From: Tilletiaria anomala UBC 951
Lineage: Eukaryota
Direction of reading: 5' to 3'
Length of the DNA: 64,000 nt
Assembly: GCF_000711695.1 (NCBI RefSeq)
Contig: NW_013547019.1
Location: 310,001-374,000 of the forward strand
Shown: positions 62,034-64,000 of the stretch, piece after piece
Layout of the letters: every line of letters begins with the position of its first letter
Position numbering within the stretch: the first letter of the stretch is position 1
The notes under the pieces: model-generated
The model's input: only the letters and a program-made list of their open reading frames with translations
The model's database searches: none
What the model was told of the DNA's origin: nothing
Position numbers and translations under genes: made by a program

Positions 62034-62212
62034 CGAGCTCGTCTTCTATGAGGAGAAGCGCACACCACCCGCAGTGGTATGGGATGGCGCTGCCGGATGC
62101 CGAGAGTGGGAAAGCGATGAGACTGGTGCAGTGCCGTGCTCGCAGTGTGGGTTCGTGTGGGCAGTGTACCTGTGTTTTTGGCCCCGTGGTCGGAGTGTGC
62201 AGTGTGCTGCAA

Positions 62213-63852
62213 TGCCAAGAATGGCCAGTGCCACTGTGGCGCGTGTCAGCCGGCTACTGGGCACTCTCAAATGGACGGGCACGAGTGAGAAAACGTGGTG
62301 GCGCTGCTGCTGCCGAACGAAAGGGTCTAGACCTCCCGCTCAGGTGAGCAGAGCGAGCGACGTGCTTTATATCCCAGTGAGGCCAGTCTAGTTCAGTCCA
62401 GGCCAGTCTGCACAGGCTCGCCCTAGCTGGTCCACACCGCGTTCGTAAAGATCTGACTGCGATGGCGATGTGCTCGATTCGCTGCTGCTGCTGGCTGATG
62501 TCAATGTGGGTATCAATGTCCCTACACTGTGTGCACACAAGGAAAAGCAGCCGCCTTGGGAAAGGGGGACGGGAGGGAAAGGAAAGGGAAGGGAAGGGTA
62601 GGCGGGTGAGGAGGAAATGGATAGATGCGTTGCGTATATATGTACATACAGTTGGGAGAAGGGGGGGGAGAAGAGGGACGCTCGGTTTAAGGCTTGGCAT
62701 CCGCCCGATCACCTCACATGTTGTAAAAGAGGGCCTCGTTCTTGGCGTCCAATATGTATACAATCAGGCTCGTTGAGAGGGATTTTGCCTTCTCTGCCTG
62801 AGCTCACTGCTAAGTGCTTGGCTGCTGTGCTTTGCGGTGAGTTTGCGACTCACATCCAACTGACGGGGAAACAAGTGGGCGAGGGCACCCGCAAGTCAAA
62901 GGACTTGCAGCGGGCCGAAAAAAGCACCCAATGCGCCCAGCGCAGACAGGTGTTCTACCGCCCAACTAGTCTTGGCACCCCGTCCGCATTCAGCTCATGG
63001 CAAGGGCGGAGGGATGAACCAGCGTCCATATGCTTCGAGGGCAATACATATTTCTCAAAGCACCATCCGCAAGGGTGCGACACTGGCGAGACGCGCCAGC
63101 GCCAAGACTGGTGGGCCATCCATCCAGCTCGCTTCTCGCAGGCGGCAGCACCAGAGCAGAGAAAGACTTGGCATTCTCACCCATTTCGGAGATAGTTCGC
63201 GGCTATTGCGTTCATGTGCATGGCGATTGGGCCCCCTTCTTCTCAGCTGGAACTCCGTGTAAATCCACCTCCACTCCTTTTTCACCTGCCATCAGCTTGT
63301 AAACCCGTGCCTCGTTCGGCATATAATCTATGTATCTCTCCACTCTCGTCTGGCGGTCGTTCGTTGAAAGTCGAACCTTTCCTGCTGTATTTGCCCACCA
63401 CAGTCCGCTGGAGTCGAGGCAACATTTTGTGATCCAGAGCTCGTGGTTTGGAGCAGATATGTGACGAGAGCCGCCGGGTCCTACATATGACATGCATGTT
63501 TCATGGGGAGGGTCATACCTAAAATTGTGCTTTGTGCACTGTGCAGTACAGAGTAACTCACGCCGCTCGCAAGGAATCCAGAATCGGCAATGATGTTCGC
63601 AGACGGCTACGAAGTGCGAATTGCAACGAAACTCACAAAGAGACCAAGGTGCATACATACTGCATGCAGCCTTGAGCTTGTGTCTATCGTGCCAGCGACA
63701 AGTATGCACATAAACATTGGGACGAGTCGGCTTGCTCGCACAGGCTCCACGCAAGGGCCGTGCTCATGTATGGGCGATGGACTGTGAATGCACAAGCATG
63801 TCTGCCTATGCCAGCGCACGCACCAACAGGGGAAAAGGCGAAAAGTCTTGGC
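62213..63852. promoter_or_regulatory. Eight PacC/Rim101 consensus sites (GCCAAG) upstream of pacC
   Basis: GCCAAG or CTTGGC at 62214, 62693, 62741, 62817, 62971, 63101, 63167 and 63847; five are TGCCAAG. Confidence 0.75.
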
Positions 63853-64000
63853 ACTCTCTCCTTGATGCTGTTGTAATACATGTAGTAGTGTACGCAACCC
63901 CAAGCGCTTCCTAATCACAGCTCCTGACGGGTCTTGCGCCCGACTACCTTGTATTGATTGACTATTGTCCTCGCATCACCCACACACACATATACATACT

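Noticed and set aside
45266..62391. Many long antisense or alternate-frame ORFs (e.g. 45266-45973, 50287-51516, 57511-58491, 60793-61734)
   Set aside because: Shadows of GC-rich real genes; no recognisable motifs.

Overview
Eukaryotic fungal DNA, most likely an intron-rich basidiomycete (inference from short GT-AG introns and protein style). The first ~6.5 kb is a gene-free cluster of decayed LTR-retrotransposon fragments: a chromodomain-bearing Ty3/gypsy, a Ty1/copia with its 5' LTR, a second inverted copy of that LTR and two further integrase remnants. A dense run of mostly housekeeping genes follows: TAF1, SMC6, a micro-exon 4-TM membrane protein, LSG1, UTP25, an unknown protein, APS2, an SDR pseudogene not visible as one ORF in the track, MSH3, SMC4, TSR3, an SLS1-like mitochondrial protein, mitochondrial aspartate aminotransferase, an unknown protein, a class I/II chitin synthase, RPB6, DEG1/PUS3 and pacC/RIM101. 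I found no rRNA, tRNA or CRISPR, and no clearly novel multi-gene system. The best non-obvious signals are 8 GCCAAG PacC sites upstream of pacC itself, MCB-like boxes in front of the chromosome-maintenance genes, PAC-like motifs at ribosome-biogenesis genes, the SDR pseudogene, the nested/inverted LTR structure, and a left-to-right rise in GC content. All gene models were spliced by eye; identities come from recognised motifs, not database searches.
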